Positions 10,546 to 19,385 of a DNA stretch of 49,784 bases are shown in pieces. The first letter of the stretch is position 1; each line of letters starts with the position of its first letter. The notes beneath the pieces were generated by a model, which was given only the letters and a program-made list of their open reading frames with translations, searched no databases and was not told where the DNA came from. The stretch is taken from the IMG/VR virus record IMGVR_UViG_2879736954_000010. One strand, written 5' to 3'. The stretch comes from a virus (lineage: Duplodnaviria > Heunggongvirae > Uroviricota > Caudoviricetes). The position numbers and the translations under genes were made by a program.

Positions 10546-11244
10546 TTACTGAGAAAGTTTATTGATGGAAAGGAAACCGCCGAAATTACCGGTATTGTTG
10601 CGCAACTCACACCCGCGCATACACTTGCTGCATTTGTCCTTCCGGATATCCGTTGTTGGTTTGTCGAACTCGTCAGCCACTGCCCTGCCCGTGTAACCAC
10701 ACTCATCAGAACGGTAAGTCCACATACAGGTATTCGCCAGCATGATACGCCCCGGGAAAACCGCGCCATCCGTCTCCGTTGGTGTGGCCAGCACAAAAGA
10801 GGCACTGACCGCGCTCAGTTCGCTGCACTGCTCGATGCGCCAGCGGCTGATCACCTCCTGTTCCGGATCGGCGTCGCTGTTTCCGTTGACGAAGTTCACC
10901 GCATCCAGAAAACGGGCGTAAACCTTACGCCGGACCACCGTTCCGCCGACCAGACTCTGCAGATCTTCCGCCATCCCGGTGACCATGCCGTGCAGGTTAG
11001 AGACCGTCAGTGTCGGACGGGCAGCACAGCCCCTGCCGTTCAGTTCAAACCCCGACCCCTGAATGGGGTATGCCTGATACTGCCGCCCCTGCCAGGTGAC
11101 CGGCTCACCTTTTTCGTTCTGCTCATTACAGAAAAAATAACGCTCACCACCGACCTCTGTCAGATCGATTTCCCAGAGCTCCACCCGGGCTGACTGCTCC
11201 GCACGGGTGCATTCATTCAGTGTTTCCTGCCGGATATCCTGCAT
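10546..11244 (-). CDS. L: Tail tip assembly protein L
   Basis: 232 aa, MQDIRQETLNECTRAEQSARVELWEIDLTEVGGERYFFCNEQN... as lambda gpL. Confidence 0.9.
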   Translation of the reverse strand: MQDIRQETLNECTRAEQSARVELWEIDLTEVGGERYFFCNEQNEKGEPVTWQGRQYQAYPIQGSGFELNGRGCAARPTLTVSNLHGMVTGMAEDLQSLVGGTVVRRKVYARFLDAVNFVNGNSDADPEQEVISRWRIEQCSELSAVSASFVLATPTETDGAVFPGRIMLANTCMWTYRSDECGYTGRAVADEFDKPTTDIRKDKCSKCMRGCELRNNTGNFGGFLSINKLSQ

Positions 11245-11573
11245 CAGTTCACCACCTGTTCAAAATCGGCCGTTACAGTCACCCATAACGCCCCCACGCT
11301 TGCCGACCATTTACGACAAACCACCCTGATCAGTTTCCAGTCATAAGGTGGCGTCCACTGAAATGCGCGGACGCCACCGTGCCGTTCCAGAAAGGCTTTT
11401 AAAGATGGGTGTTCACCTTTACGAACACGTATCGTCACGCTGTAAGTCGACAACTGGTTATTCAGTCCCGCCGCACGACGCTGTTCATAACCATCGCCCA
11501 GCTTCACTGTCACCACTTTCGGCTCTGATACCACATTCATATCCGGGCGCACTTTCCAGTGAAACGTCTCCAT
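11244..11573 (-). CDS. M: Minor tail protein M
   Basis: 109 aa, METFHWKVRPDMNVVSEPKVVTVKLGDGYEQRR... as lambda gpM. Confidence 0.9.
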   Translation of the reverse strand: METFHWKVRPDMNVVSEPKVVTVKLGDGYEQRRAAGLNNQLSTYSVTIRVRKGEHPSLKAFLERHGGVRAFQWTPPYDWKLIRVVCRKWSASVGALWVTVTADFEQVVN

Positions 11574-14500
11574 TACCGGTATGCTCCACTTAACCGGCCA
11601 CCATCACGGGCCTGCTGTTGCATAAAGTCCGCGGCCGCTTTTTTCCCGAGGTCATAAACCACCTTCAGGGCAGCCGGACCTATCTGCCCGTTCGTGCCGT
11701 CGTTATTGATCTCAATGTTGTACTGCGGGGCAAACATCACCATGCCTGAACCACCAGTATCCGCCACAACCCCCAGCTTACCATCAGCACCGCGACGCAG
11801 TGGCAGAATGGCTTCAGGTCCCGCTTCCCCCATCACACCCGCGCCTTTTGCAAAAGCAAAAAACGTCGGACGGTTAACCACCGTGCCACTGTAGCGACTC
11901 AAATCAGCAGACTGGTAAACACCGCCATCAGCATTAGTCGTGAAGCCGAATAAAGAACCGACGCCCTTTACCGCCTGCATCATGGCCATCTGTGCCATAA
12001 TTCTGGCCATATCTGACAACAGGGAAGAGGTGAAGGATTTAAAATTCAGCTTACCGGTGGTACAGAATGTCGCCAGTGCATTACCGGCACTGCTGAATGC
12101 CACTGTAAACATCTGTTCTGCCGTTCCCGCCGCATTATCCGCATCCGCCGTAAAATTCTGAAACGCCCGCATGGCACCGTTTTTCCAGTCGCCCTGCGCC
12201 ACTTCCAGTTCCTGCCAGTAGCGTTTGTTTTCATTCAGTTGTCGCTTCAGGCTCCCCTTCAGCACCTCCTCAGCCCTCCGGTAGTCCTCCGTCCCGTAAG
12301 TGCCTTTCTGGCGACTGTCATTCTCAAGCTGTTGCAACTGTTGCCGGTATTCCTGCCGGATGCGCAACTGTGCCTGGTAGCGCTGCCGCTGCTTATCCCC
12401 CATACCTGCAGTGGCAATATCCAGATTGTGCTGCTCACGCAGTGCACGTTCTTTGTCTGCCAGCTGGCTGGTCAGCTGAACCGTTTTTTTTCTCAGGTCG
12501 TTAAGCGCTGTCTGTTTCTGCAGCTCCTGCTGTTTCACATCCAGCAGCGTCAGCGCCTGAATCAGCTCATTCTTACGGGCCAGCACACTCTTTTCATCTG
12601 CCGTCAGCTTTTTCCCGTCCAGGTCGCTGATGCGCTGCTGCAGGGCCAGAAGCTGTTTATGCGCTTCAGTCATCCTTTCAGTGGCAATGCCTGCTGACTG
12701 TCTGGCAGCAGCAATCTGCCCTTCCACCTGTGCCTGCTGCTGACTGTACTGCAGCAATAACCAGGTGGCCTCATCATTACGGGTTGCCCGTGTATTTTTC
12801 TTAATGGCTTTTTCGTAACGTTCATTTTCACGCTGTATCGCCGCATCCCTGACAGCCTGGTCGGCGTACTGCATGGCATTAATACGCGCAATTTCCCGCT
12901 GATGTCGTGCAGCTTCCGTTTCATTCATCCGGTTCAGCGCGGCATTTTCAGCATTCCGGCGTTTCTGTTGCTCCTGGTAATTCCGTTCTGCCTGCGCTTT
13001 TGCATCCTGCAAATCCTTCCGGCGTTTTTTCTCCTGAAGATCGTTAAGACGCTGCTGATCGTACTCCACCTGTGTGGAGGCGTTTGTCCACGGATATTTT
13101 TTCGCGCGCTGAATTTTTTCCTGTAACGCATCAATCTGCGCATCCAGCGAGTCTTCACGACCAATATTCATGGCCGCATCCCAGAACTGCTTCCACCAGT
13201 CAGACAAGGTTTGCAGCGTACTACCCAGCGCATTGAGATTATTATCAATATCAGATGTGCGTTTACCGGTTTCCTCTGCCAGCGCAGACATGGCGATCCG
13301 GGCCGCATCACTGGACCGCCCCTGCTCCCCAAGGACGCGTATCTGCTCAAGCTGAGTGGCATTCAAAAAATGCAGCGCATTGTCCAGCGCCTTCGCGGCA
13401 TTTACAGGATCATCCTTCAGCCGCTTAAACTGATTTATGGTATCGCTGACCGACTGGCCAACCGATCGCTCCATCTGTGCGGCAGCTTTCGCCACCATAC
13501 CAATATCGTTTCCATGAAATGCCCCACTGCCCACCACCTGTGCCAGCGCACCGGCTGCCGCATGTTGCGTGATACCATTCCCGGATATGGCCCGGCTGAG
13601 TTTCCACAACTGCCCGACAGTGACACCGGCATAATGTCCCGTCAGCGCCAGCTGACGGTTAAATTTCTCGCCCTCCTTCCGGCCGTCATGCCAGGCTTTA
13701 CCCAGACCCAGGACCGCCGCGACAAGTCCGCCAATAACGCCGCCAGTCATCATGCCTTTCGGCGACATCAGTGCGCCTGTCCATCCGGCACGGTTAGCCA
13801 GCGTTATCCCGGATCCCCTCAGCGCACCAAAATTGCCTCGCGCCATCTGACTGATTAACACCCCCAGCTCCCGCCGGGCTGCCGCACTTTTCAGCCCCAG
13901 CGAATGTGTGGCTTTTCCTGCCCGCTCCATTTTGCGGATATACACTTCTGCAGCACTGCTTACCCCCAGCTGAGCCGCCCTGGCGCGAAGCAACTCAGAA
14001 GACGACAGATTCTGGCGGGTTGCCTGCTCTTTAAGCTGGCGGATAAACGCCGCTTTCTGCCGGGTGGCCTGTTCCTCTGCCTGCGTCAGGGCACGGGTTT
14101 TCGCCGTGATCTCCGAAATCAGCGCCAGATAATCCTGCTGACCAACCCCGCCACTGTTTCTGGCCTGTCGGATCTGCTGCTGAATACGCTGTAATTCCTG
14201 AAGCCCCGCACCGGCCTGTTTCACACTGTCAATCTGGCGATAAAAGGCGGCAGCCGCTTTATCCTGCGCCTCCGCCAGTGCCCTGGCCTGCGCCTGTTCC
14301 TCGCGCATTTTCTGATTCAGGGCATCCACGCGCAGACGGGTTTGTTCCACCTCACGGGCCATGCGTTCATGAGCCCGTGCATTCTTCTCCACCGTCTGCG
14401 CATGGGCTGATGCTGCTGTTGCAGCCGAAGAAGCCGCCTGCATTGTCTGCCGGGCCGCCTGAGTCTGACGCTCCATAAAACGCTGCATACGGGCAGAAGA

Positions 14501-14644
14501 CCGTTCTGCATCGCTGGCTGCACCATTCAGAAGGTTTTTGATACGGGGAATTTCATTTTTAAACTCTGCCGCATCAATCCCCAAATCAATGACCAGGTTG
14601 GCTATCTGGTCCATAACGCACACCTCCGGAAATACCTTCCCCAA
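11573..14644 (-). CDS. H: Tail tape measure protein H (1023 aa)
   Basis: Long coiled-coil-rich protein between G/T and M; C-terminal region resembles lambda gpH. Confidence 0.9.
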   Translation of the reverse strand: MGKVFPEVCVMDQIANLVIDLGIDAAEFKNEIPRIKNLLNGAASDAERSSARMQRFMERQTQAARQTMQAASSAATAASAHAQTVEKNARAHERMAREVEQTRLRVDALNQKMREEQAQARALAEAQDKAAAAFYRQIDSVKQAGAGLQELQRIQQQIRQARNSGGVGQQDYLALISEITAKTRALTQAEEQATRQKAAFIRQLKEQATRQNLSSSELLRARAAQLGVSSAAEVYIRKMERAGKATHSLGLKSAAARRELGVLISQMARGNFGALRGSGITLANRAGWTGALMSPKGMMTGGVIGGLVAAVLGLGKAWHDGRKEGEKFNRQLALTGHYAGVTVGQLWKLSRAISGNGITQHAAAGALAQVVGSGAFHGNDIGMVAKAAAQMERSVGQSVSDTINQFKRLKDDPVNAAKALDNALHFLNATQLEQIRVLGEQGRSSDAARIAMSALAEETGKRTSDIDNNLNALGSTLQTLSDWWKQFWDAAMNIGREDSLDAQIDALQEKIQRAKKYPWTNASTQVEYDQQRLNDLQEKKRRKDLQDAKAQAERNYQEQQKRRNAENAALNRMNETEAARHQREIARINAMQYADQAVRDAAIQRENERYEKAIKKNTRATRNDEATWLLLQYSQQQAQVEGQIAAARQSAGIATERMTEAHKQLLALQQRISDLDGKKLTADEKSVLARKNELIQALTLLDVKQQELQKQTALNDLRKKTVQLTSQLADKERALREQHNLDIATAGMGDKQRQRYQAQLRIRQEYRQQLQQLENDSRQKGTYGTEDYRRAEEVLKGSLKRQLNENKRYWQELEVAQGDWKNGAMRAFQNFTADADNAAGTAEQMFTVAFSSAGNALATFCTTGKLNFKSFTSSLLSDMARIMAQMAMMQAVKGVGSLFGFTTNADGGVYQSADLSRYSGTVVNRPTFFAFAKGAGVMGEAGPEAILPLRRGADGKLGVVADTGGSGMVMFAPQYNIEINNDGTNGQIGPAALKVVYDLGKKAAADFMQQQARDGGRLSGAYR

Positions 14645-14915
14645 GATGCATCAGTTCTTCGTCCGTTCGCTCCGGTATCCCGTTCTCTTCCGGTAAAAGG
14701 CTGAAATCAGCCACCGCAGCATCGCTGCTGCCGGACACCATTCTCACGATCAATGCCTTCAGCGAGGCAAACTGCGCATCCATCCACACATCACTGAAGC
14801 TCTGCATCCGGAAATAATCGCCCCACTCACCAAGCTCAGTGGCCGACATATCCGACAGCATCCGCCGCCAGTCTGCCCGCCGGAACTCCCGGGCAAGCCG
14901 CATGACAAACTGCAT
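14586..14915 (-). CDS. T: T portion of tail assembly chaperone G-T (expressed by -1 frameshift from G)
   Basis: ORF in -1 frame relative to G, open only from 14948 downstream; position as lambda T. Confidence 0.7.
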   Translation of the reverse strand: MQFVMRLAREFRRADWRRMLSDMSATELGEWGDYFRMQSFSDVWMDAQFASLKALIVRMVSGSSDAAVADFSLLPEENGIPERTDEELMHLGEGISGGVRYGPDSQPGH

Positions 14916-14923
14916 TTCCCGCG

Positions 14924-15313
14924 TCAGGACTTTTCCGGCGTCAGCGCCTCATGATCATCATCCCCGGCATTCTCAATGGTCCCCATACCGCTCAGCGACA
15001 GAACCCTCTCCGCCCCCGCGCCCAGCGCATCATACGACCATGTTGTCATAATGGATGCGCAAAGCGTCTCAACATCCTGAGACTGCTCAGCATTCCACAG
15101 TGAGCGGGAAACCAGCCAGGCATTGATATCCATTCCCATACGCAGAAAAGCAATCTGTCGTTCAGCCTCCGGCAGTTCTCCCTCCTGTGCATCAAACTTT
15201 GCCGTTCGCTGCTGAACAAACGTCAGATATTCAATTCTCTGCAGCCCGGACAGCTCACTGAGCACCACGGACTGTTTTTCATAATTAAACGTATCCTGTT
15301 TCAGAAACATCAT
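14924..15313 (-). CDS. G: Tail assembly chaperone G
   Basis: MMFLKQDTFNYEKQSVVLSELSGLQRIEYL... parallels lambda gpG (MFLKTESFEHNGVTVTLSELSALQRIEHL...); start chosen at the MMFLK methionine. Confidence 0.8.
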   Translation of the reverse strand: MMFLKQDTFNYEKQSVVLSELSGLQRIEYLTFVQQRTAKFDAQEGELPEAERQIAFLRMGMDINAWLVSRSLWNAEQSQDVETLCASIMTTWSYDALGAGAERVLSLSGMGTIENAGDDDHEALTPEKS

Positions 15314-15368
15314 GTTCTCCGGATGCAAAAAGCCCCGGATAACCGGGGCAATGATGAGTATCGTCCTG

Positions 15369-16109
15369 TTATGGTGCGCTGACGGTCACCGCAGCCACTG
15401 CCACAAACTCTCCGTCAGAGGTCATGCCCACGATGCTGACACTGCCCTGCTTCACGCCTTTCACCGTGGCCACAAGCCCGCTCAGGGTCACCGAAGCAGT
15501 CTGAGGATCTGACGAATGCACACTGATCGCTTTGTCACTGGCCCCGTCAGGTTTTACTGTAAAGGTCAGTGTGGTGGTTGCTCCCGCTTTGACACTGACA
15601 GATGCCGGTGCCACCGTCAGTCCGGTAACACCCACGGTTTCAGTGCCTTCCTCTGCCAGATACGGACGCCCCACACCGCTGATTTTCACAGTGCGGGTCA
15701 TCACGTCTTTTGAGGCAATGGTTTTACCCAGTGAGCTCAGCCAGCCGCGGAAAACATCAACAGTGCCGTTGGGATATTTGATACGAAACGCGCAGACTTC
15801 ACCGGAGTCGAACAACTGAACCAGTTTTTTCTGCCCGCTGTCACCCGGACGCCAGGCCAGCGTCGCCGAAGTATCACCAACGGATTTCTGCCCCTGGGTT
15901 GTCGTTTTCCAGTCTGCATCTTCATCATCGAGATAAGTGTCATCTTCTGCATCAGCGGTCATTTCGCCAGGTTGCAGATCCTTCACCATCGCAAGACGCA
16001 GCCAGTCAGTGTCCGACAAAGGGTTCGCAAACGCATCGCCGTTGCCGGTATACATCCAGAACGTCGTCCCCGCACCTTTCGTCTTTGCCAGTGGATTTGG
16101 TGTGGTCAT
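15369..16109 (-). CDS. V: Major tail protein V with C-terminal Ig-like domain
   Basis: Start at internal ATG (MTTPNPLAKTKGAGTTFWMYTG...); 247 aa as lambda gpV. Confidence 0.9.
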   Translation of the reverse strand: MTTPNPLAKTKGAGTTFWMYTGNGDAFANPLSDTDWLRLAMVKDLQPGEMTADAEDDTYLDDEDADWKTTTQGQKSVGDTSATLAWRPGDSGQKKLVQLFDSGEVCAFRIKYPNGTVDVFRGWLSSLGKTIASKDVMTRTVKISGVGRPYLAEEGTETVGVTGLTVAPASVSVKAGATTTLTFTVKPDGASDKAISVHSSDPQTASVTLSGLVATVKGVKQGSVSIVGMTSDGEFVAVAAVTVSAP

Positions 16110-16119
16110 TACCACCTCC

Positions 16120-16521
16120 TTAATTCGTGTACGTGATCTGGTACGTGATTTCCGCCATCGCCCAGGTGGCCATCTCATTATCACGTTGATAGTTAAAACC
16201 GAGTGGGATCATGGTGTCGATGAGTCCGGAAAGCACCGGAATATCCTTCATGGCCGGAAATATGGTGTTCTCCATCCACGTATCCAGCTCAGAATCCGGC
16301 GCCTGTGCACGGACGAAAACGGCAATATGCAGAACAGCCTGCCAGTCGTCCTCATCCGTCATTTTTCCGGTGTACTGCGCATCACTCAGCCACACCGCCA
16401 CGGCGGGCAGTTCCTGCGCATCAATAAATGCCGGAAGCCCGTCAAAAAACGTGGCGCTGTCTCCACACTGTTCCCGAAGGCGTGCCAGCACGCTCTGACG
16501 GATTTGTGTGTGTCGGTTCAT
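16120..16521 (-). CDS. U: Tail terminator protein U
   Basis: 133 aa; ...ATFFDGLPAFIDAQELPAVAVWL...PDSELDTWME... parallels lambda gpU. Confidence 0.85.
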   Translation of the reverse strand: MNRHTQIRQSVLARLREQCGDSATFFDGLPAFIDAQELPAVAVWLSDAQYTGKMTDEDDWQAVLHIAVFVRAQAPDSELDTWMENTIFPAMKDIPVLSGLIDTMIPLGFNYQRDNEMATWAMAEITYQITYTN

Positions 16522-17105
16522 TTACTCAGATGTAACCTCAGTTGTTGTTTCAGGGCATACCCCAGCTGTTTCGGCATTTCCGCAGCAATGATGCGGTCGC
16601 GGGCATCTTCAAATGCCTGTGTCAGCGGTCCGGACATCGGGATTTTCACCACATCAATGGGGTAACGATTTTTGCCGTCAATACGCCGCATCACATGCCA
16701 GCGACCATTCGCCAGTTGCTGAATAAACGCATCCCGGAAAAGGTATTTCCCCACTTTCAGTACGCTGCCACGATGACGTGAGTTGCTGCCATGCCGGGAG
16801 CGGGCCAGTCTGACCTGTGCGGTACCCAGCTTAATGGCGGGCAGGTTACCCCGGTTAACACGCATGCGGGCATACATTTTTCCTGAGGGGCTGGCTTTAA
16901 GCAGCCTGACACGCTCCCTGACCGTTTTCAGGGGAATACCTTTCACCTGGTTATCCCCGGCAACGGTATTCTGCGCAACCTGCCGTGTGGCGACAGAAAC
17001 AATCTTTGCCGCCACACGGTTTACCGCCCATGCGCTGGTCTGTGGCACCATGCGGGTATCGAGGCTGTTCAGATTGCGGATGGCATTCTCAAGTCCCTTC
17101 ATCAT
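16518..17105 (-). CDS. Z: Tail completion protein Z
   Basis: 195 aa; position between FII and U. Confidence 0.8.
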   Translation of the reverse strand: MMKGLENAIRNLNSLDTRMVPQTSAWAVNRVAAKIVSVATRQVAQNTVAGDNQVKGIPLKTVRERVRLLKASPSGKMYARMRVNRGNLPAIKLGTAQVRLARSRHGSNSRHRGSVLKVGKYLFRDAFIQQLANGRWHVMRRIDGKNRYPIDVVKIPMSGPLTQAFEDARDRIIAAEMPKQLGYALKQQLRLHLSK

Positions 17106-17466
17106 ATCGCCTCATTCTGGCATTATTCTGTGGGGCAGGACTGCCCCGCCTTAACCGGATATAACAGCATCCCCCGTCATCCGGAGTAATACGATCCACA
17201 AAGAAAGAATCATCCCCGATAGTTAACGTATCCTGACGGCGTAACTGCGATATATCTGCCGTTTTCACAAACAGGCACGGTGAGGAATCCTCAAGCCGGA
17301 TCCCCCCGGCAACAAAAGAAATACTTTCGGGATCATCAAAAACCCCTGTCAGGTGTGTCCCCTCAAGTTCTCCGGACGTAATGACGGCGCTGATCCCCAT
17401 ATCACGGAGAATGACTTCATTGACACCGGCAAGCGCAGCATCAAACAGATTATCGAAACCGTCCAC
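17089..17466 (-). CDS. FII: Head-tail connector protein FII
   Basis: MDGFDNLFDAALAGVNE...GVFDDPESISF...DTLTIGDDSFFVDRITPDDGG parallels lambda gpFII. Confidence 0.85.
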   Translation of the reverse strand: MDGFDNLFDAALAGVNEVILRDMGISAVITSGELEGTHLTGVFDDPESISFVAGGIRLEDSSPCLFVKTADISQLRRQDTLTIGDDSFFVDRITPDDGGCCYIRLRRGSPAPQNNARMRRYDEGT

Positions 17467-17477
17467 GACATCTCCTG

Positions 17478-17864
17478 TTACTGCCTTTTTGCCAGACCAC
17501 CTGCCGCCATGCTGGCAGCCACCTCAGCAGAAACACGAAACGACGTTCCCGGTGAAACAAATATCACTGAACCATTACATTTTGTATGCAGTGTCGCCAG
17601 TGCCACCACCGTAACCTGCCCCGTTTCGTCTCCGGTAACAATGCCTGGCTGTTCAGGAACTGACTCGCCTTTATGCGCGGTCGGATCATCTTTCGATGGT
17701 GAGTACGTATCCGGCTCTGCGACCTCCCCCGCATCTCCAAGCTCTTCCTCCAGTTCCGCCACTCGCTGCGCAATATCTGCCGCACTACCGGAGACATCCG
17801 GTTCACGCCCCAGCCTCTCAGCCAGCTCACAAAGACGTTTCAGGTTTTCTTCTTTCGTAGCCAT
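17478..17864 (-). CDS. FI: DNA packaging protein FI
   Basis: C-terminal ...VTVVALATLHT...PGTSFRVSAEVAASMAAGGLAKRQ parallels lambda gpFI; start chosen at MATKEENL. Confidence 0.8.
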   Translation of the reverse strand: MATKEENLKRLCELAERLGREPDVSGSAADIAQRVAELEEELGDAGEVAEPDTYSPSKDDPTAHKGESVPEQPGIVTGDETGQVTVVALATLHTKCNGSVIFVSPGTSFRVSAEVAASMAAGGLAKRQ

Positions 17865-17915
17865 ACCCGCTCCTGATTGAATGAAAAACGGGAGCATTTA
17901 GCTCCCGCTCACGGA

Positions 17916-18944
17916 TTATTTCACCTGCACCACCACAAACTCATCCGGATCCGGCAGCACCATCAGCGGCGCGGACTGCGTCATGGTGAATTCACGCGCC
18001 GGATCACCCACGGTCAGCCAGTGTTTCGGATAACGGGAAGACGCCACCACGCCTTCAGACAATGCCTGCGCATCCTGAATGGCACCGTAGCAACGAATAC
18101 CCTCTGCGGCCGTATTTCCCAGTACCAGTGTGCCGTCCGGCAGATAACGTTTTTCGGTACCGTCCTCTGCCACATAGGACGTTTTTGCCACCACGATTGC
18201 CAGATCACCATAATACCCTTTGAAGGACACCACCGCCCCCAGGTCTTTCACTGCCGTTTCCAGCTGTGAATTTGAGCCACGACGGGTATCCAGTTTTTCG
18301 CGGAACAGCTTAAAGCCATTCAGCAGACGCCAGACCTTACCATCCATAATGGCAATATTGATGGTGCCGGAAGCAAAATCACAGTACGCATCCAGATCAT
18401 GCGTCGGATCAAAGGTATCGCGGTCCTGAGCGCTCCACTCCGTCCCTCCTGCCTGCGTAATGTTATTTCCCACCGACCGGCCAAAATCGACCTCAACAGT
18501 TTCAAACTGCTCTCCTTCCATGGTGTATTTGCCATACAGCACGGCATTCACCGCCTGCATCTCTTCCACCTGGACAATGGCGTGCTCTTCCTGTTTGAGG
18601 TTATCGGTGATGATACGCAGGCGACGGTAAGCCGGGCCGTTCAGCTGGGCCGGATCTTCACCGGGAAGACGCTCCACCGCCTGCTGGTAATTAAATTCGT
18701 GTTTCGGCTTAACGTAGCCCGGGCGCAGTACACGAGTTTCACCGCCACGGTGACGCAACACCTTTCCTTCAACAACCGGGGAGACATAGGCCGCCACCGG
18801 CGTTTTTCCGGTAATTTTGTCCAGCATTACCTCTTCGGTATGGAAATTCACCGTACGGCGGAAAAACAGCTCCAGAAACAGCGCACGAAATTTAACTTTT
18901 TGTTCGGTATAACCGAGTAACTGGCGGGTCGTAAACAATCCCAT
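17916..18944 (-). CDS. E: Major capsid protein E
   Basis: 342 aa; size and position match lambda gpE; typical C-terminus ...DPDEFVVVQVK. Confidence 0.95.
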   Translation of the reverse strand: MGLFTTRQLLGYTEQKVKFRALFLELFFRRTVNFHTEEVMLDKITGKTPVAAYVSPVVEGKVLRHRGGETRVLRPGYVKPKHEFNYQQAVERLPGEDPAQLNGPAYRRLRIITDNLKQEEHAIVQVEEMQAVNAVLYGKYTMEGEQFETVEVDFGRSVGNNITQAGGTEWSAQDRDTFDPTHDLDAYCDFASGTINIAIMDGKVWRLLNGFKLFREKLDTRRGSNSQLETAVKDLGAVVSFKGYYGDLAIVVAKTSYVAEDGTEKRYLPDGTLVLGNTAAEGIRCYGAIQDAQALSEGVVASSRYPKHWLTVGDPAREFTMTQSAPLMVLPDPDEFVVVQVK

Positions 18945-19001
18945 AAATCAGTTCCTTTCATTCAGAAATCAGTCAGGCTACCGCAGTGACCTGATAAAAT
19001 G

Positions 19002-19349
19002 TTACGGCAGCGCTGCGTGACTCAGGGCACTGCCGGCAAAGGCATTCGCCTTTTTGTGTGTATCCACTCTCTCAGGCCAGTGGATGGCCTCCGTCGCAAA
19101 GGTCCCCGACTTGTAATACGTCAGCACCGTCTCTGTACCTTCAAGCGGCAGTACCAGTATGCCAACCACATGGCCTGCCTTCTGTCCGTCCCAGACCACC
19201 AGTTTCCCGGTATCCTCATCCAGCATCAGGGGCGTCAGAGCCGGTGTTGCCGAGGAAATCCCGCTGCAGCCTGTGGCGGTATGGGCCGGATCATTACCGG
19301 CAAAAATACGTACTTCCGCACGCTGTTCAGTGATGGTTTTCGTTACCAT
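19002..19349 (-). CDS. D: Head decoration protein D
   Basis: 115 aa, position between C and E. Confidence 0.9.
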   Translation of the reverse strand: MVTKTITEQRAEVRIFAGNDPAHTATGCSGISSATPALTPLMLDEDTGKLVVWDGQKAGHVVGILVLPLEGTETVLTYYKSGTFATEAIHWPERVDTHKKANAFAGSALSHAALP

Positions 19350-19385
19350 ATTGTAAAAACCTCATATTGATGGTCAGCACTGACT

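Noticed and set aside
12239-13858. Multiple 150-215-aa ORFs on the plus strand within the tape measure gene H
   Set aside because: Antisense to a conserved long gene; compositionally biased translations; no start-site context.
15312-15512. Small plus-strand ORF between G and V
   Set aside because: Overlaps the minus-strand G/V genes and the short intergenic region; no support.
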